A stretch of DNA of 64,000 nt from an uncultured Verrucomicrobiae bacterium. GTDB lineage: Bacteria; Verrucomicrobiota; Verrucomicrobiia; Chthoniobacterales; UBA10450. Numbering within the stretch: position 1 is the stretch's first letter; each line of letters begins with the position of its first letter. Below the pieces are notes generated by a model. The model was not told the origin of the DNA. It saw only the letters and a list, made by a program, of their open reading frames with translations, and ran no database searches. This document shows positions 48,547 through 58,898 of this stretch, piece by piece. The position numbers and the translations under genes are program-made. The stretch covers positions 89,871-153,870 of the forward strand of contig CAWAYD010000008.1 in assembly GCA_963786175.1 (NCBI GenBank), written 5' to 3'.

Positions 48547-50085
48547 TCAAGGCGGCCCGATCTCGGGGAGTAACTTTTCGTTAGGCGAATCCGGCGAAAG
48601 CAGCATCCCGGGTAATGGCACCGAACCGTTCGGCGGAGTGCTCATGCCGTTGTTCATGCTCAGGAGTGGATGCTGCCAATTCGTTAGGCTAATCGAGACC
48701 TGAGGAGAAAAATTCGGAGGCACCATCGTCGCGTCTGTCACCGGAGGATCCGCACGTCGCTCGTTTCCCTCCGACTTATTCAGCCAACCGAGATCGTAGA
48801 AAGAGCTGGCGAAAACAATGTTGAGTTCGGGCGAATAGATCTTTTTCGCCGATTCAATCCAATCGTTGCCATGGACTGGATCAGCATGTTGAAAAGCCCA
48901 GGCGGCTTCCGCGTAGTAGTGCGCAGGAGTCGTGCCGGTAAACTGGAATTGATTCATGAGCAGCTGCGCGTGGTCGTCTCGACCTTCGAGGAGAAAGGTA
49001 AGGAAGACCTTGAATTTCATCAGCTGTGCGGCCTGATTGTCGCCCCCGGGAGTGGTGGCAAAAAGTCGCTCGAATCTGTCGCGCGCTTCGGAGTAATCTT
49101 TTTTTCGGAAAGCGACTTCCGCCAGGTTGTAGGCCGCTTCGTGGAGGTTCGGGTCGTCGGCAACGGCTTCGCGGAACGCTTTTTCGGCCTCGTCGAATTT
49201 GCGTTCTTCGAGCAGAATCTCGCCCCGTAAATTGTGCGAAGCGGCCAGGCCGGGAAAGCGCGTGTCCACGTCATCGAGCAAAGCGAGCGCCGGTTCGTTC
49301 TGATGAGCGACAAACGCCGACTCCGCCTGCGCGAGACTGGCCCGAGCGTCGGCCTGGGCCCGCGCGGAGCGCTCGTTGGAAGAAACGATATCGATATCTT
49401 CGCGTTCCGCTGTCGGTCTTGGGCACCAGCCAATTTCATAAAAGGATTCTGCGTAAAGTTTGTTCGTCGCGGCCGAGAATTCTTTCTCTGCTTTCCGTTG
49501 CCATAGGCTCGCGTCGTCGCTCTGATTGTCTCGCCACGCCATCGCAGACCGTACATAATACGAAGTCAGTCCACTTGCGTTCGAATCGAGCTGGCTCAGC
49601 ATTGATTCCACTGCTTTGTCTTTTCCTTGGAGGACAAGCGTGAGCAGAACTTTGTATCGAATGAGCTGGCGCATCTCGGCGTCCATCCCGCCGTCATCGC
49701 GCGCCAACATCGCTTCAAAGCGGTGCTGCGCGGAGGGCCAATCCTTTTTCAGAAACGGAATCTCCGCCAGGTTAAAATCGGCGTTCCAAAGTCGCGGATT
49801 GAGATCGAGCCCTCGTCGCAGGACTATTTCCGCTCCTTCGTATTCGCATTGGCGCATCAGAATGACACCGCGGAGATTGAACAGTTCCGCTTTCACTTCT
49901 GCTGCCGCGGTCAGACCATCGATATTTTCCAGGTCGGCTAAAGCCTGCTGGTAATTGCCGGACCGAAATTCGGCCATCGCCTGGTCGTAAAGCGTTTCCG
50001 ATCTCGCGGGCTGGAGCGCATTTGTCGCCACGCAACCCAGGATCAGGAGGGAGACGGGGCCGACGAATCTCGTCGTCTTCGTCAC
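48547..50085 (-). CDS. secreted TPR-repeat protein
   Basis: Signal VSLLILGCVATNA, followed by repeated A..Y..G.Y..A...F TPR-like units. Confidence 0.7.
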   Translation of the reverse strand: MTKTTRFVGPVSLLILGCVATNALQPARSETLYDQAMAEFRSGNYQQALADLENIDGLTAAAEVKAELFNLRGVILMRQCEYEGAEIVLRRGLDLNPRLWNADFNLAEIPFLKKDWPSAQHRFEAMLARDDGGMDAEMRQLIRYKVLLTLVLQGKDKAVESMLSQLDSNASGLTSYYVRSAMAWRDNQSDDASLWQRKAEKEFSAATNKLYAESFYEIGWCPRPTAEREDIDIVSSNERSARAQADARASLAQAESAFVAHQNEPALALLDDVDTRFPGLAASHNLRGEILLEERKFDEAEKAFREAVADDPNLHEAAYNLAEVAFRKKDYSEARDRFERLFATTPGGDNQAAQLMKFKVFLTFLLEGRDDHAQLLMNQFQFTGTTPAHYYAEAAWAFQHADPVHGNDWIESAKKIYSPELNIVFASSFYDLGWLNKSEGNERRADPPVTDATMVPPNFSPQVSISLTNWQHPLLSMNNGMSTPPNGSVPLPGMLLSPDSPNEKLLPEIGPP

Positions 50086-50200
50086 AATCTTGGATGGAAA
50101 CAGAATTTCCTCGGAAAGCGAGCTTAAACTTGGCTGAGCGTTATACTCGCGTATGCGGGCCGGTTGTTCGTCCGACGCGTTGCGTTAGCTTGTTCGCCCG

Positions 50201-51121
50201 GTGACAGAGCAAAGCGCTAATGCGGTGATGATGGTTCGACCGAGTCGTTTTTTTCCCAATCCAGAAACCGCGTTCGACAACACCTTTCAGCGGCGTATTG
50301 CCGCGGCAGAATACGATCGAGTCGGGGCGGCGGCACGCGAGGAATTTGATCGCGCTGTCGACAGTCTCGCGGCCGCGGGAGTGCAGGTGCACGTGATCGA
50401 CGACACGCCGTCTCCGCCCAAACCGGATGCCGTTTTTCCTAACAACTGGTTTTCCACTCATCACGACGGTCGGGTCGTCCTTTACCCCATGCATGCGCCC
50501 TCCCGCCGCGTTGAACGCCGCGCCGATCTTATCGATAAATTGCGCGAACAATACCGTATCACGGAGGTCGTAGACTACACTTCCTTTGAAGGCCGGGGCC
50601 TTGCTCTCGAGGGAACCGGTAGTCTCGTCCTCGATCATCCAGCGAGGGTCGCCTACGTCTCTCTTTCAAATCGCGCCGATGTCGAACCGCTGCATAGATT
50701 TTGCGCCGATTTCAACTACGAGCCGGTCACCTTTACCAGCCGTGATGCAGATGGGCAGCCGATCTATCACACCAACGTCATGATGTGCCTAGGGACCGAA
50801 TTTGCTCTCATCGGGTTGGAGACGATCGATGATCTCTCTGAACGAGCGACAGTCCGAAAATGCCTGCAGGCAAGCAAACGAACGGTTATCGAGTTGAGTC
50901 GAGAACAAATTGCCAATTTTGCCGGTAACGCTCTCGAACTCCATAACGAAAAGAACCGCCTGCTCGTTCTCTCGGCGCGTGCAAAAGCGGTCCTAAGCGA
51001 CGAACAACGCACGACGATCGCAAGATTCGCCCACCTTCTAGTGTTGAGCCTTCCCACCATCGAGTTAGCTGGCGGGAGCGCTCGCTGCATGCTGGCTTCG
51101 ATCCATCTGCCCCCGCGTTAG
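50201..51121 (+). CDS. amidinotransferase-fold protein (arginine deiminase-related / CtlX-like)
   Basis: VMMVRPSRFFPNPETA...HTNVMMCLG...LAGGSARCMLASIHL (catalytic Cys context). Confidence 0.8.
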   Translation: MTEQSANAVMMVRPSRFFPNPETAFDNTFQRRIAAAEYDRVGAAAREEFDRAVDSLAAAGVQVHVIDDTPSPPKPDAVFPNNWFSTHHDGRVVLYPMHAPSRRVERRADLIDKLREQYRITEVVDYTSFEGRGLALEGTGSLVLDHPARVAYVSLSNRADVEPLHRFCADFNYEPVTFTSRDADGQPIYHTNVMMCLGTEFALIGLETIDDLSERATVRKCLQASKRTVIELSREQIANFAGNALELHNEKNRLLVLSARAKAVLSDEQRTTIARFAHLLVLSLPTIELAGGSARCMLASIHLPPR

Positions 51122-51288
51122 ACCATCGACCTTCGCTTCGTTAGGCAAGATTACGCGGACGCCCCGCATCATCGCGCTGATCCAACATCATTTCTCTGAG
51201 CGGATGGGCGGTTCGCCTTGGGAGCCGTGGGCAATTTCAGCCTCGAACCGGCGGTGGCCCGAGAGATGCTAAAGCATGTGGCCAGATC

Positions 51289-51498
51289 ATGGCGACAGTC
51301 AATCCAGCCCCGGGCCGCCCGAAGCCTCTCAAATCTTCCGTACCAAAGCGCGGCAAAGGACCGCGAAAACGCCGCCCTCCCGCGGAGAAGAAACCTTCGG
51401 CCGAAGGGAAAAACTCCCTCGGACGTCTCGAGCGCACCCGTCGGCTGTTGCTCGCTGCCTTACGTGTCTGGGAACTGAAGCGGCGTGTTCGCGATTAG
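51289..51498 (+). CDS. small basic hypothetical protein (paralog of ORF 41..337)
   Basis: 69 aa and Lys/Arg/Pro-rich. The C-terminus LGRLERTRRLLLAALRVWELKRRV matches ORF 41..337. It lies 42 nt upstream of the J-domain gene. Confidence 0.3.
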   Translation: MATVNPAPGRPKPLKSSVPKRGKGPRKRRPPAEKKPSAEGKNSLGRLERTRRLLLAALRVWELKRRVRD

Positions 51499-51540
51499 TC
51501 CTACCCTTTCAACCGCAGCGTCTCTGGGTAAATTCGCCAG

Positions 51541-52638
51541 ATGTCGCATGGGCGAAGAGGTGAATTGCGGCACGATCGTTCGGTGCAAGATCCGCCCGCC
51601 GGGTGGGTCGTGGTGGTCGATCAGGAGCCGTTGCGCGAACGGGCCGCGACGGATTGCGCGCAAGCACTGGCCAGCCTAAAACGAGCGCGCGCTGGCTGGC
51701 ACCATTTCGAACGCAAGGATAAGCCGGCTTTTATTCGCTGGCGGGCGCGGGAATTCGGCGCGCTTCTCAGTACCGCGCGGGAGGTTGAAGAGCAGATTCG
51801 CGACTTGCAAACATTGATACACGAAGTCGAACTGGAAATGCGCCGCGGCTTTCAGGATGCCTTTACGGCCTATCAGACGGTCATGGCCCGACGGGGCAAT
51901 AGTGCTACGAGCGAAACACTGCCGCCCGCGCCAAGAACTCGCGGCCCGCGTCGAGTCTTGAGCGACTTCGAAAAAGAAGCGCTCTTCCAGGAATGGGTGC
52001 AGCGCTCGTTAGGCACGCATCCGGACAAAATGGATGACGCGGCCTACGCCTCAAGTTTCGAAGCCTTCAAGGCCCACATGTTTCGCCCCATGCCGGTAGA
52101 CGAACACAAGCCTAAGGAACGAAAGTCGACATCCTTTCGACCACGGCCGGCGGACGAGGAAGACGCCGAGCCGGAGGAAAAGGCGGCCGTTGATTACCGG
52201 GTAAAAGAGTTATATCGCCGTCTCGTTCGGCGTTTGCATCCCGACCTCCGCGCCGATGGAAGCACGGCGGTCTCCGCACTCTGGCATGAAGCGCAGGAAG
52301 CCTATGCGGCGCAGGATATTGCGCGCATGGAAATTCTTCTCGCGCTCAGCGACATCGAATCTCAACGAACAGACCAACAAACGCTTGCGCAAATGCGGTC
52401 CATCTTTGCGGAGCTGCAACGCGCGTTGCGCGCGTTAGAAAAAAGTTTGCTTGAAGCCGGAGGAGAAGAGGCTTGGGATTTCGCGCGACTGGGGCCAACG
52501 TCCGATCTGCGTCTGCGGGTTGAGCGCCAGCTGAAAATGGATCTCGCCTCCCGCTCTCAACGTCTCGACCTGCTTAAGCGAACGGCGGCGGAGTGGGCCG
52601 CGGGTGCGATCGCAAACCGGCAAGTTCAGTTCGCCTAG
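51541..52638 (+). CDS. J-domain-containing protein
   Basis: YRVKELYRRLVRRLHPDLRADGSTAVSALWHEAQEAYAAQD (HPD motif). The rest is coiled and charged. Confidence 0.65.
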   Translation: MSHGRRGELRHDRSVQDPPAGWVVVVDQEPLRERAATDCAQALASLKRARAGWHHFERKDKPAFIRWRAREFGALLSTAREVEEQIRDLQTLIHEVELEMRRGFQDAFTAYQTVMARRGNSATSETLPPAPRTRGPRRVLSDFEKEALFQEWVQRSLGTHPDKMDDAAYASSFEAFKAHMFRPMPVDEHKPKERKSTSFRPRPADEEDAEPEEKAAVDYRVKELYRRLVRRLHPDLRADGSTAVSALWHEAQEAYAAQDIARMEILLALSDIESQRTDQQTLAQMRSIFAELQRALRALEKSLLEAGGEEAWDFARLGPTSDLRLRVERQLKMDLASRSQRLDLLKRTAAEWAAGAIANRQVQFA

Positions 52639-52753
52639 GGTCGGTCGCTACGGTGGCAACTTCCATCGCCGCGAATCCACCGATTCACCGTGGCGAAGTT
52701 TGGCAACGCTTTGCTCTTTTCGAGAAAGACGAGGTCATCTTAACTTTGATGGT

Positions 52754-54520
52754 GTGAACAAATTCTTTGTAGCTGTTTTTCTTTCCGGTGCCCTGATGAC
52801 CAACGCGCAAACGCCGGAACGCACTCGTCCGGACATTTCAAACAAAGCGCTTCTGACCAAACCCGGTCCCAGCTTGCAGGGTCGCGCGGAAGCAACCGCG
52901 CTTCATCGGCTGGCGAACGACTACTATAAATGGCGCAACGAACAATATCCGGTCGCGAGCAGCAGCGCCGGGCTTCATACCTGGGATGATCGCCTAACGA
53001 ACTACGCACCGGAAAAAATCGCGGAGCGTGCCAATCACGTGCGCGAACTGCTCGCGGAAGTGAACGCGATGCAGACGGCGAATTGGCCAAAAGACGAGCA
53101 GATCGACTGGTTCCTTTTTCGCTCGCAGCTCGAAGCAGCCGCTTTTGACGATCGCGTCTGGCATTCCACTTCACGCGACGCGCAAACGTACGTTGGCGCG
53201 TGCTCGAACGCGATTTTTTCTCTCCTAACGAAGGATTACGACTCCCCGCTAGCCCGCGCGCGTTCCGCCACGGCTCGGCTTCAGGCTATGCCGGCAATGC
53301 TGGACCAGGGCGAAAAAAATCTCACGGAGCCAGTAAAGCTTTTCAGTCGGTTGGCGATCGAATCGGCCCGCGCGATCGATCCTCTCTTCACCCAAAGCCT
53401 GATGACGCTGGGGAAGGATTTACCACCTGATGCACTCACAAGCCTAACGACGGCACGCGACGGGGCTCTGACGGCAATCCATGACTTCGCCGATCGTCTG
53501 GAGAAACGCCTGCCGCAGATGGCTGACTTCGCACCGATGGGAGCGGCGAATTATAACTATTACCTCCACCACGTTCTCCTCCTGCCACTCTCGGAGGAAG
53601 AAGTGGAGATGATCGGCCGGGTGGAGTTAGCGCATTATCGTGCGCTGGAGGCCTGGCTGCCCGATCCATCGCTGGCAGATCCCGATCCGAAACGAAGTAA
53701 GAATATTCCGCCGGATCAGGCGACGTTTCTCCAAACTTACCAGAGTCGCGAAGCGGAGATGATCCAATTCCTGAAGGAGCACCATCTCGTTACATTGCCG
53801 GATTACCTCGGCAATTTTGTCATCAGACAATTGCCCGATGCCTTTAAGCCGACCAGCCCTGGCGGCTTTATGAATCCGCCTGGCGTATACGACAAAGATT
53901 CGACCGGTTTCTATTTCATTCCGAGTTACAATCCTGACTCCAAGAACTTTTACATTCGCGCTGCGATCGAAGACCCGCGCCCGATTCTGGGTCACGAAGG
54001 GATTCCGGGTCATTTTCTACAGCTCTCGATCGCGAATCATCTGGGCGATGAAATCCGGCGGCAAAATCCGGATACGGTCTTCGTCGAAGGTTGGGCGCTC
54101 TATGGAGAAGAGATGTTGATGCGCAACGGCCTTTATCCACCCGATTCTGCTTCGCAAGGTCAGGTGTTACGTTTGGCGCGCTATCGCTCGGCGCGCATTG
54201 GCGTCGATGTAAATCTGCACACTGGCAAGTGGACCTTCGAACAAGCGGTCAAATACTTCATGGAGGCGGGCGGCCTTGATCGGGAAGCCGCCGAGGGCGA
54301 AGCGGCCGGCGCCGCCTCGAGCCCAACGCAGAAAATCAGCTACATCGTGGGGAAATGGCAGATTATGCAATTGTTAGGCCGTTATCGCGACAAGACGGGG
54401 AAGAACTTCCGGCTCGGACAATTTCACGATGACCTGATCAGTCACGGCAGTCTGCCACTTTCGATCATCGATTGGATCATGCTGGACGATCCCTCGGAGA
54501 TCCAGAAAACCCAGGAGTAA
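52754..54520 (+). CDS. DUF885 family protein (secreted)
   Basis: The GTG at 52754 gives VNKFFVAVFLSGALMTNAQ (signal). Also ...GHEGIPGHFLQLSIANH...VEGWALYGEEM..., typical of DUF885. Confidence 0.8.
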   Translation: MNKFFVAVFLSGALMTNAQTPERTRPDISNKALLTKPGPSLQGRAEATALHRLANDYYKWRNEQYPVASSSAGLHTWDDRLTNYAPEKIAERANHVRELLAEVNAMQTANWPKDEQIDWFLFRSQLEAAAFDDRVWHSTSRDAQTYVGACSNAIFSLLTKDYDSPLARARSATARLQAMPAMLDQGEKNLTEPVKLFSRLAIESARAIDPLFTQSLMTLGKDLPPDALTSLTTARDGALTAIHDFADRLEKRLPQMADFAPMGAANYNYYLHHVLLLPLSEEEVEMIGRVELAHYRALEAWLPDPSLADPDPKRSKNIPPDQATFLQTYQSREAEMIQFLKEHHLVTLPDYLGNFVIRQLPDAFKPTSPGGFMNPPGVYDKDSTGFYFIPSYNPDSKNFYIRAAIEDPRPILGHEGIPGHFLQLSIANHLGDEIRRQNPDTVFVEGWALYGEEMLMRNGLYPPDSASQGQVLRLARYRSARIGVDVNLHTGKWTFEQAVKYFMEAGGLDREAAEGEAAGAASSPTQKISYIVGKWQIMQLLGRYRDKTGKNFRLGQFHDDLISHGSLPLSIIDWIMLDDPSEIQKTQE

Positions 54521-54525
54521 CGCTC

Positions 54526-55350
54526 TCAGGGATGTTTAGGCCGCGGAGTATCCGGCGGCAAAGTGCGACGCGGGCGTGGACTCGGGGTCGGCGTGGCTTG
54601 CGACTTTTTCAACTGGTATTCCAGCCTGCCTTTGCGCGTCTTGGCGTCCGCGTTACTGGGGTCGAGGCTGAGTACTTTATCGACATCGACCATGCTCTTT
54701 TGAAAGTCGCCCGTGAGTTCGTAGACATAGCTGCGGTTAAGATAGCCGTCTTTGTCGTTAGGCTTCTGCTTGATGATCTTATCGTAGTCCGCAAGCGACT
54801 TGTCGTACTGTTTCATGTTCCAGTAGGCGAACGCCCGTCGATCCAGAATGGCAACATCCTCTTTTTCCTTCAGGACAACGTTGTAGTCATTGACTGCATT
54901 GTCATAGCTACCCGCCTGCAGATCGGCAAAGGCTCGATAGCGATGGGCCGGAATATTCCCGGGATCGAGCTTGATCACGTGGGTGAAGTCCTCAATCGCC
55001 TTGTCGTTCTTTTTTTGCGCGCTGTAGACGAGGCCGCGATTGATGTAGCTGTTGGCCGAGTTGGGCTCCGCTTCGATCGCACCCGAGTACGCTTTGATCG
55101 CCTCATCCAATTTACCAGCGCCTTTGTAAGCCAGGCCGAGGTTGTTGTAATTATTGGCTTCCTTGGGATCGGCTTGGACTGCCTTCTGGAAGGCCTCGAT
55201 TGCTTTGTCCCATTGTTTGTTTTTCGCCGCTTCCCGGCCTTCGACCGCATACTTGTAGGCATCGGCCTTATTGTCGGCGCGCGCGATCACGGCCAAAAAG
55301 AGGAGAGCGATCGACGCAGTCGCCGTCAGTAAACGTTGGAAAGTTTTCAT
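54526..55350 (-). CDS. secreted TPR-repeat protein
   Basis: MKTFQRLLTATASIALLFLAVIARA signal. Repeated NNLGLAYKGAGKLDEAIKAYSGAIE-type TPR units follow. Confidence 0.8.
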   Translation of the reverse strand: MKTFQRLLTATASIALLFLAVIARADNKADAYKYAVEGREAAKNKQWDKAIEAFQKAVQADPKEANNYNNLGLAYKGAGKLDEAIKAYSGAIEAEPNSANSYINRGLVYSAQKKNDKAIEDFTHVIKLDPGNIPAHRYRAFADLQAGSYDNAVNDYNVVLKEKEDVAILDRRAFAYWNMKQYDKSLADYDKIIKQKPNDKDGYLNRSYVYELTGDFQKSMVDVDKVLSLDPSNADAKTRKGRLEYQLKKSQATPTPSPRPRRTLPPDTPRPKHP

Positions 55351-55440
55351 AGCGAAATGGTGTGCCAATAGAATACGGACGAGCGGGCACTTTGGCCGCA
55401 ACAAATCGAGCAGGCAAGTAGAAGCTGCCAGCGTTGGTGG

Positions 55441-56247
55441 TTAAGTCGCAGGCATTTCCGGAGCGTCGCCGGGTTCATCCACGCGCGTGATGCGCAGGGC
55501 TCGGCCCGTCGTCTCGTCGATCTCGAGAAGCACGCCACGCAAATGCGCAATTCCCGACGCGACCGGTAGCGCACCTGGAATGTTGGAAAGAAAGCGTGTC
55601 AGGATCGGCTCGATTTGGCGTCCGAGAATCGAGTGGATTGGTCCACACATGCCAGCATCGCAAATGAAAGCGGTCCCGTTCTCGAAGATCTGTTCGTCCG
55701 CGGTCTGCACGTGAGTGTGGGTGCCGAGAACCGCCGAGACCCGACCATCAAGATAACGGCCAAGGGCAATTTTCTCACTGGTGGTTTCGCCATGGGCATC
55801 AACGATGATGTTGGCCGTTTCACGGCGCATCTCCTTCACCGCTATGTCGAGGACCGGGAAAGGGTTTTCCAGGATTGGATGCATGAAGGTGCGCGCCTGC
55901 ACATTGATCACGCCCACCTTTCCTTTGGACGTTTCCAGAACGATCGTCCCTGCCCCGGGCGCGCCGGACGGATAATTGAGCGGCCGCAGGAGACGCGGCT
56001 CGGTTTCAAGGAAAGGCTGAATCTCCTTGCGATCCCAAATATGGTCGCCGGTGGTGATGACAGAAGCGCCCGCCCGCAGCAGATCGATGGTGATCCTCGG
56101 TGTAATGCCGCGACCGGCGGCGGCGTTTTCGCCGTTTACGATGATGAAATCGAGCGCCCAGCGCTTCTTCAAATCTGGCAGACGGGCGATGACGGCGTTG
56201 CGACCTGGTTCGCCCACGACGTCGCCAAGAAAAAGAACCGTCAGCAT
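55441..56247 (-). CDS. YmdB-like metallophosphoesterase (TIGR00282 family)
   Basis: MLTVLFLGDVVGEPGR...DFIIVNGENAAAGRGIT...VDAHGETTSEK...GTHTHVQTADE. Confidence 0.9.
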   Translation of the reverse strand: MLTVLFLGDVVGEPGRNAVIARLPDLKKRWALDFIIVNGENAAAGRGITPRITIDLLRAGASVITTGDHIWDRKEIQPFLETEPRLLRPLNYPSGAPGAGTIVLETSKGKVGVINVQARTFMHPILENPFPVLDIAVKEMRRETANIIVDAHGETTSEKIALGRYLDGRVSAVLGTHTHVQTADEQIFENGTAFICDAGMCGPIHSILGRQIEPILTRFLSNIPGALPVASGIAHLRGVLLEIDETTGRALRITRVDEPGDAPEMPAT

Positions 56248-56286
56248 GGCAGCGATGATCGTATTAAACTCGAAAATCCCAAGTTG

Positions 56287-57615
56287 ATGTTTCGCATCTT
56301 CGTTACATGCGGTCTCGCCCTGCTGCTCTTCGCCAGCTTACCCGCCGCCCGCGCTTTCGATCGCGACGCGGCTCAAGACACTACCGCCAGCCTCAGCGCG
56401 CTCGGGCGCGCACCGGATTGGAGCGAGTTGGAGAAATATCAAAGCACCATTACGCGGGACGATTTCATCCGCTTGCTTGAACATGTTTATTGCCCCCGCG
56501 GTTATGACCCGGATTTGATCACGGTCGAGCCCGACCTGGCGCGCATCCTAACGACAAGCGGCACGCAAGATTATTTTGTTCTCCATTTTGCTAAAGACGA
56601 TTCCGCCTGTCTGCCGCCGAAGCATTCGTGGACGTCGCTGGACCGCCCGCTCGAGCCAGTCAAAGGCAAGCCACTCGCTGGGCTGCACATCGCGCTCGAT
56701 CCCGGGCATCTCGGCGGGCAATGGGCAAAGATGGAAGAGCGCTGGTTCAAGATCGGCCGCGCCGAGCCGGTGCGGGAAGGCGACATGACCTTGCGCGTGG
56801 CGCGAATGCTCCGGCCGCAGCTGGAGTCGTTAGGCGCGAAAGTGACACTGCTGCGCACCGCGGCAGAACCACTCACATCCTGTCGACCACTGGATTTCGA
56901 AGAAACCGCGCGACTTTTACTGGTTAGGCAAGGAATTACCGAGCCGCGGGAGTATTTCGATGGCCCCACCGATCCCGAGAAGGAGCAAACCGTCGCCTGG
57001 CAGCGGGAACTGCTTTTTTATCGCAACAGCGAAATCCGGTCCCGCGCTGATCTGGTGAACGATCAGGTGCGGCCTGATCTGGTGCTTTGTTTGCACTTCA
57101 ACGCGGAACCCTGGGGAGACCCGGACAATCCCGAACTCGTGACCAAGAATCACCTTCATCTCCTCGTGAACGGTGCTTACTTGCCTAACGAGCTTAAGTT
57201 GGACGACGACCGCTTCGAGATGTTACAGAAGCTGCTTAGTCGCAGTTACACCGAGGAGCTGGGATTAGCCGATTCTATCGCCAGCGCAATGGTCGAAAAC
57301 ACCGGTCTACCCCCATATCGTTATACAACCGATAATGCGACCGCAGTGGGTAAGAGCGGCTATGTCTACGCACGCAATCTCATGGCAACCCGGCTTTATC
57401 GTTGTCCTACCGTCTACCTTGAGCCCTATGTCATGAACAGTCATGAAGTTTTCGCCCGGGTGAAGGCGGGGAACTATGAAGGAAGAAAACGCGTGGTGGG
57501 AAAGAAACGGCTAAGCATTTATCGCGAATATGCCGTCGGTGTTGTGCAAGGCTTCCAAGCCTATCTCAGGCAAGCGCGTGCCGCCCACCCTGACTCTAAG
57601 GAACGAGATGAATAA
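56287..57615 (+). CDS. N-acetylmuramoyl-L-alanine amidase family protein
   Basis: ATG at 56287 gives the signal MFRIFVTCGLALLLFASLPAARA. Also LHIALDPGHLGG...EGDMTLRVARML...LVLCLHFNAE (amidase_3-like). Confidence 0.8.
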   Translation: MFRIFVTCGLALLLFASLPAARAFDRDAAQDTTASLSALGRAPDWSELEKYQSTITRDDFIRLLEHVYCPRGYDPDLITVEPDLARILTTSGTQDYFVLHFAKDDSACLPPKHSWTSLDRPLEPVKGKPLAGLHIALDPGHLGGQWAKMEERWFKIGRAEPVREGDMTLRVARMLRPQLESLGAKVTLLRTAAEPLTSCRPLDFEETARLLLVRQGITEPREYFDGPTDPEKEQTVAWQRELLFYRNSEIRSRADLVNDQVRPDLVLCLHFNAEPWGDPDNPELVTKNHLHLLVNGAYLPNELKLDDDRFEMLQKLLSRSYTEELGLADSIASAMVENTGLPPYRYTTDNATAVGKSGYVYARNLMATRLYRCPTVYLEPYVMNSHEVFARVKAGNYEGRKRVVGKKRLSIYREYAVGVVQGFQAYLRQARAAHPDSKERDE

Positions 57616-57638
57616 ACCCCTTTACCGACCGTCACCGG

Positions 57639-58715
57639 CTACAGCAAGGCTATGGCCGCTTCAAGGTCTGGCATGGTCACTTCTTTGCAAACGCTTGCTC
57701 GACCAATGGCGTGCGCGACAACGAAACGAATGCGGCCGCCTTCGAACTTTTTGTCACGCGGCAGGGCTTCAAAAATCTTTTGTCGTGGGAAGTCCGGCGG
57801 AAGTCTTGCCGGGAGATGATGACGCTCCAAGGTTGCACGAATTTTCTCCACTTCGCCTAACGACAAGCCGGCGCGCCGAACGGAAATGTGCGCCGCGGCC
57901 AGGATCCCAAGGCTGATGGCTTCGCCGTGCAGGATATTGCCGTAGCCGGCCGCGTGTTCGATCGCATGTCCAATGGTGTGGCCGAAGTTGAGCAGCGAGC
58001 GAGTATCGTTTCGCTCCCGTTCGTCCGCCTCCACGATCCCGGCCTTAAGCGCGATGTTGCGCGCGATGAAGGCCGCCGGGTCACCGCGATCGACTTCGCC
58101 TAACGAATAAAAGAGTTCACTGTCGCGAATGATGCCGTGCTTGATCGCTTCGGCAAAACCTTCATTCCAGATCCGCTCGGGCAGGGTTTGCAGCGTGTCG
58201 GTGTCGGCCAAAACAAGCGACGGTTGATGGAAAGCGCCAATCAGGTTTTTGCCTGCGCTTAAGTTTACGCCCGTCTTGCCACCGATGCAGCTGTCGACCT
58301 GCGCGAGTAAGGTCGTGGGAAGAGAGACGTACGGAATTCCGCGCAGGTAAATTGCCGCAACGAATCCGGCCAAGTCGCCGATGACACCTCCGCCTAAGGT
58401 GAGCAGAAAGGAGCGGCGATCGAGCCGCAGCTCGCTCAGGCGTTGACAAAGCTCGGCCGCTTTCGCCATTGATTTGGCCGCTTCGCCGCCATCGACCACG
58501 ATCGTCTCGACCTCGAAACCAGCGCCACCCAGGCTTTGGCTCACCTTTTGGCCGAAGAGCGGCGCGACATTCGCGTCAGCAATCACCGCGCATCTCGCGG
58601 CAGAAAGAATCGGTCTAATGCGCGCTCCGGCTTCGCCTAACAAACCCCCACCGATCAGCACTTCGTAACGTTGCTGGCCGGCGCGGACTTGGAGTGATCT
58701 TATCGTGGAAGCCAC
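57639..58715 (-). CDS. aroB: 3-dehydroquinate synthase
   Basis: LLTLGGGVIGDLAGFVAAIYLRGIPYVSLPTTLLAQVDSCIGGKTGVNL...NFGHTIGHAIE. Confidence 0.95.
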   Translation of the reverse strand: MASTIRSLQVRAGQQRYEVLIGGGLLGEAGARIRPILSAARCAVIADANVAPLFGQKVSQSLGGAGFEVETIVVDGGEAAKSMAKAAELCQRLSELRLDRRSFLLTLGGGVIGDLAGFVAAIYLRGIPYVSLPTTLLAQVDSCIGGKTGVNLSAGKNLIGAFHQPSLVLADTDTLQTLPERIWNEGFAEAIKHGIIRDSELFYSLGEVDRGDPAAFIARNIALKAGIVEADERERNDTRSLLNFGHTIGHAIEHAAGYGNILHGEAISLGILAAAHISVRRAGLSLGEVEKIRATLERHHLPARLPPDFPRQKIFEALPRDKKFEGGRIRFVVAHAIGRASVCKEVTMPDLEAAIALL

Positions 58716-58898
58716 AGCTGATCAAAAGCCCGATAATGATCTGCGTCGCGGTGACCGGGCATGAGGGTGTCTTTGATGAGCACGCTGCAAAGTCATTTCG
58801 TCAGAGGGCAGGCTATCATCTTCCGCTTGCTTCCACGAAAGGGAAATCGCACCAAGCAAAGGCTTGCTCTCGCAATTTCGTCTTCCTAAATTAAATGC

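Noticed and set aside
4425-52615. HIP1-like palindrome GCGATCGC seen about six times (e.g. near 4427, 35435, 39320, 46872, 47706, 52607).
   Set aside because: This is only a few-fold above a rough expectation for GC-rich DNA and far below the density of cyanobacterial HIP1. Not compelling.
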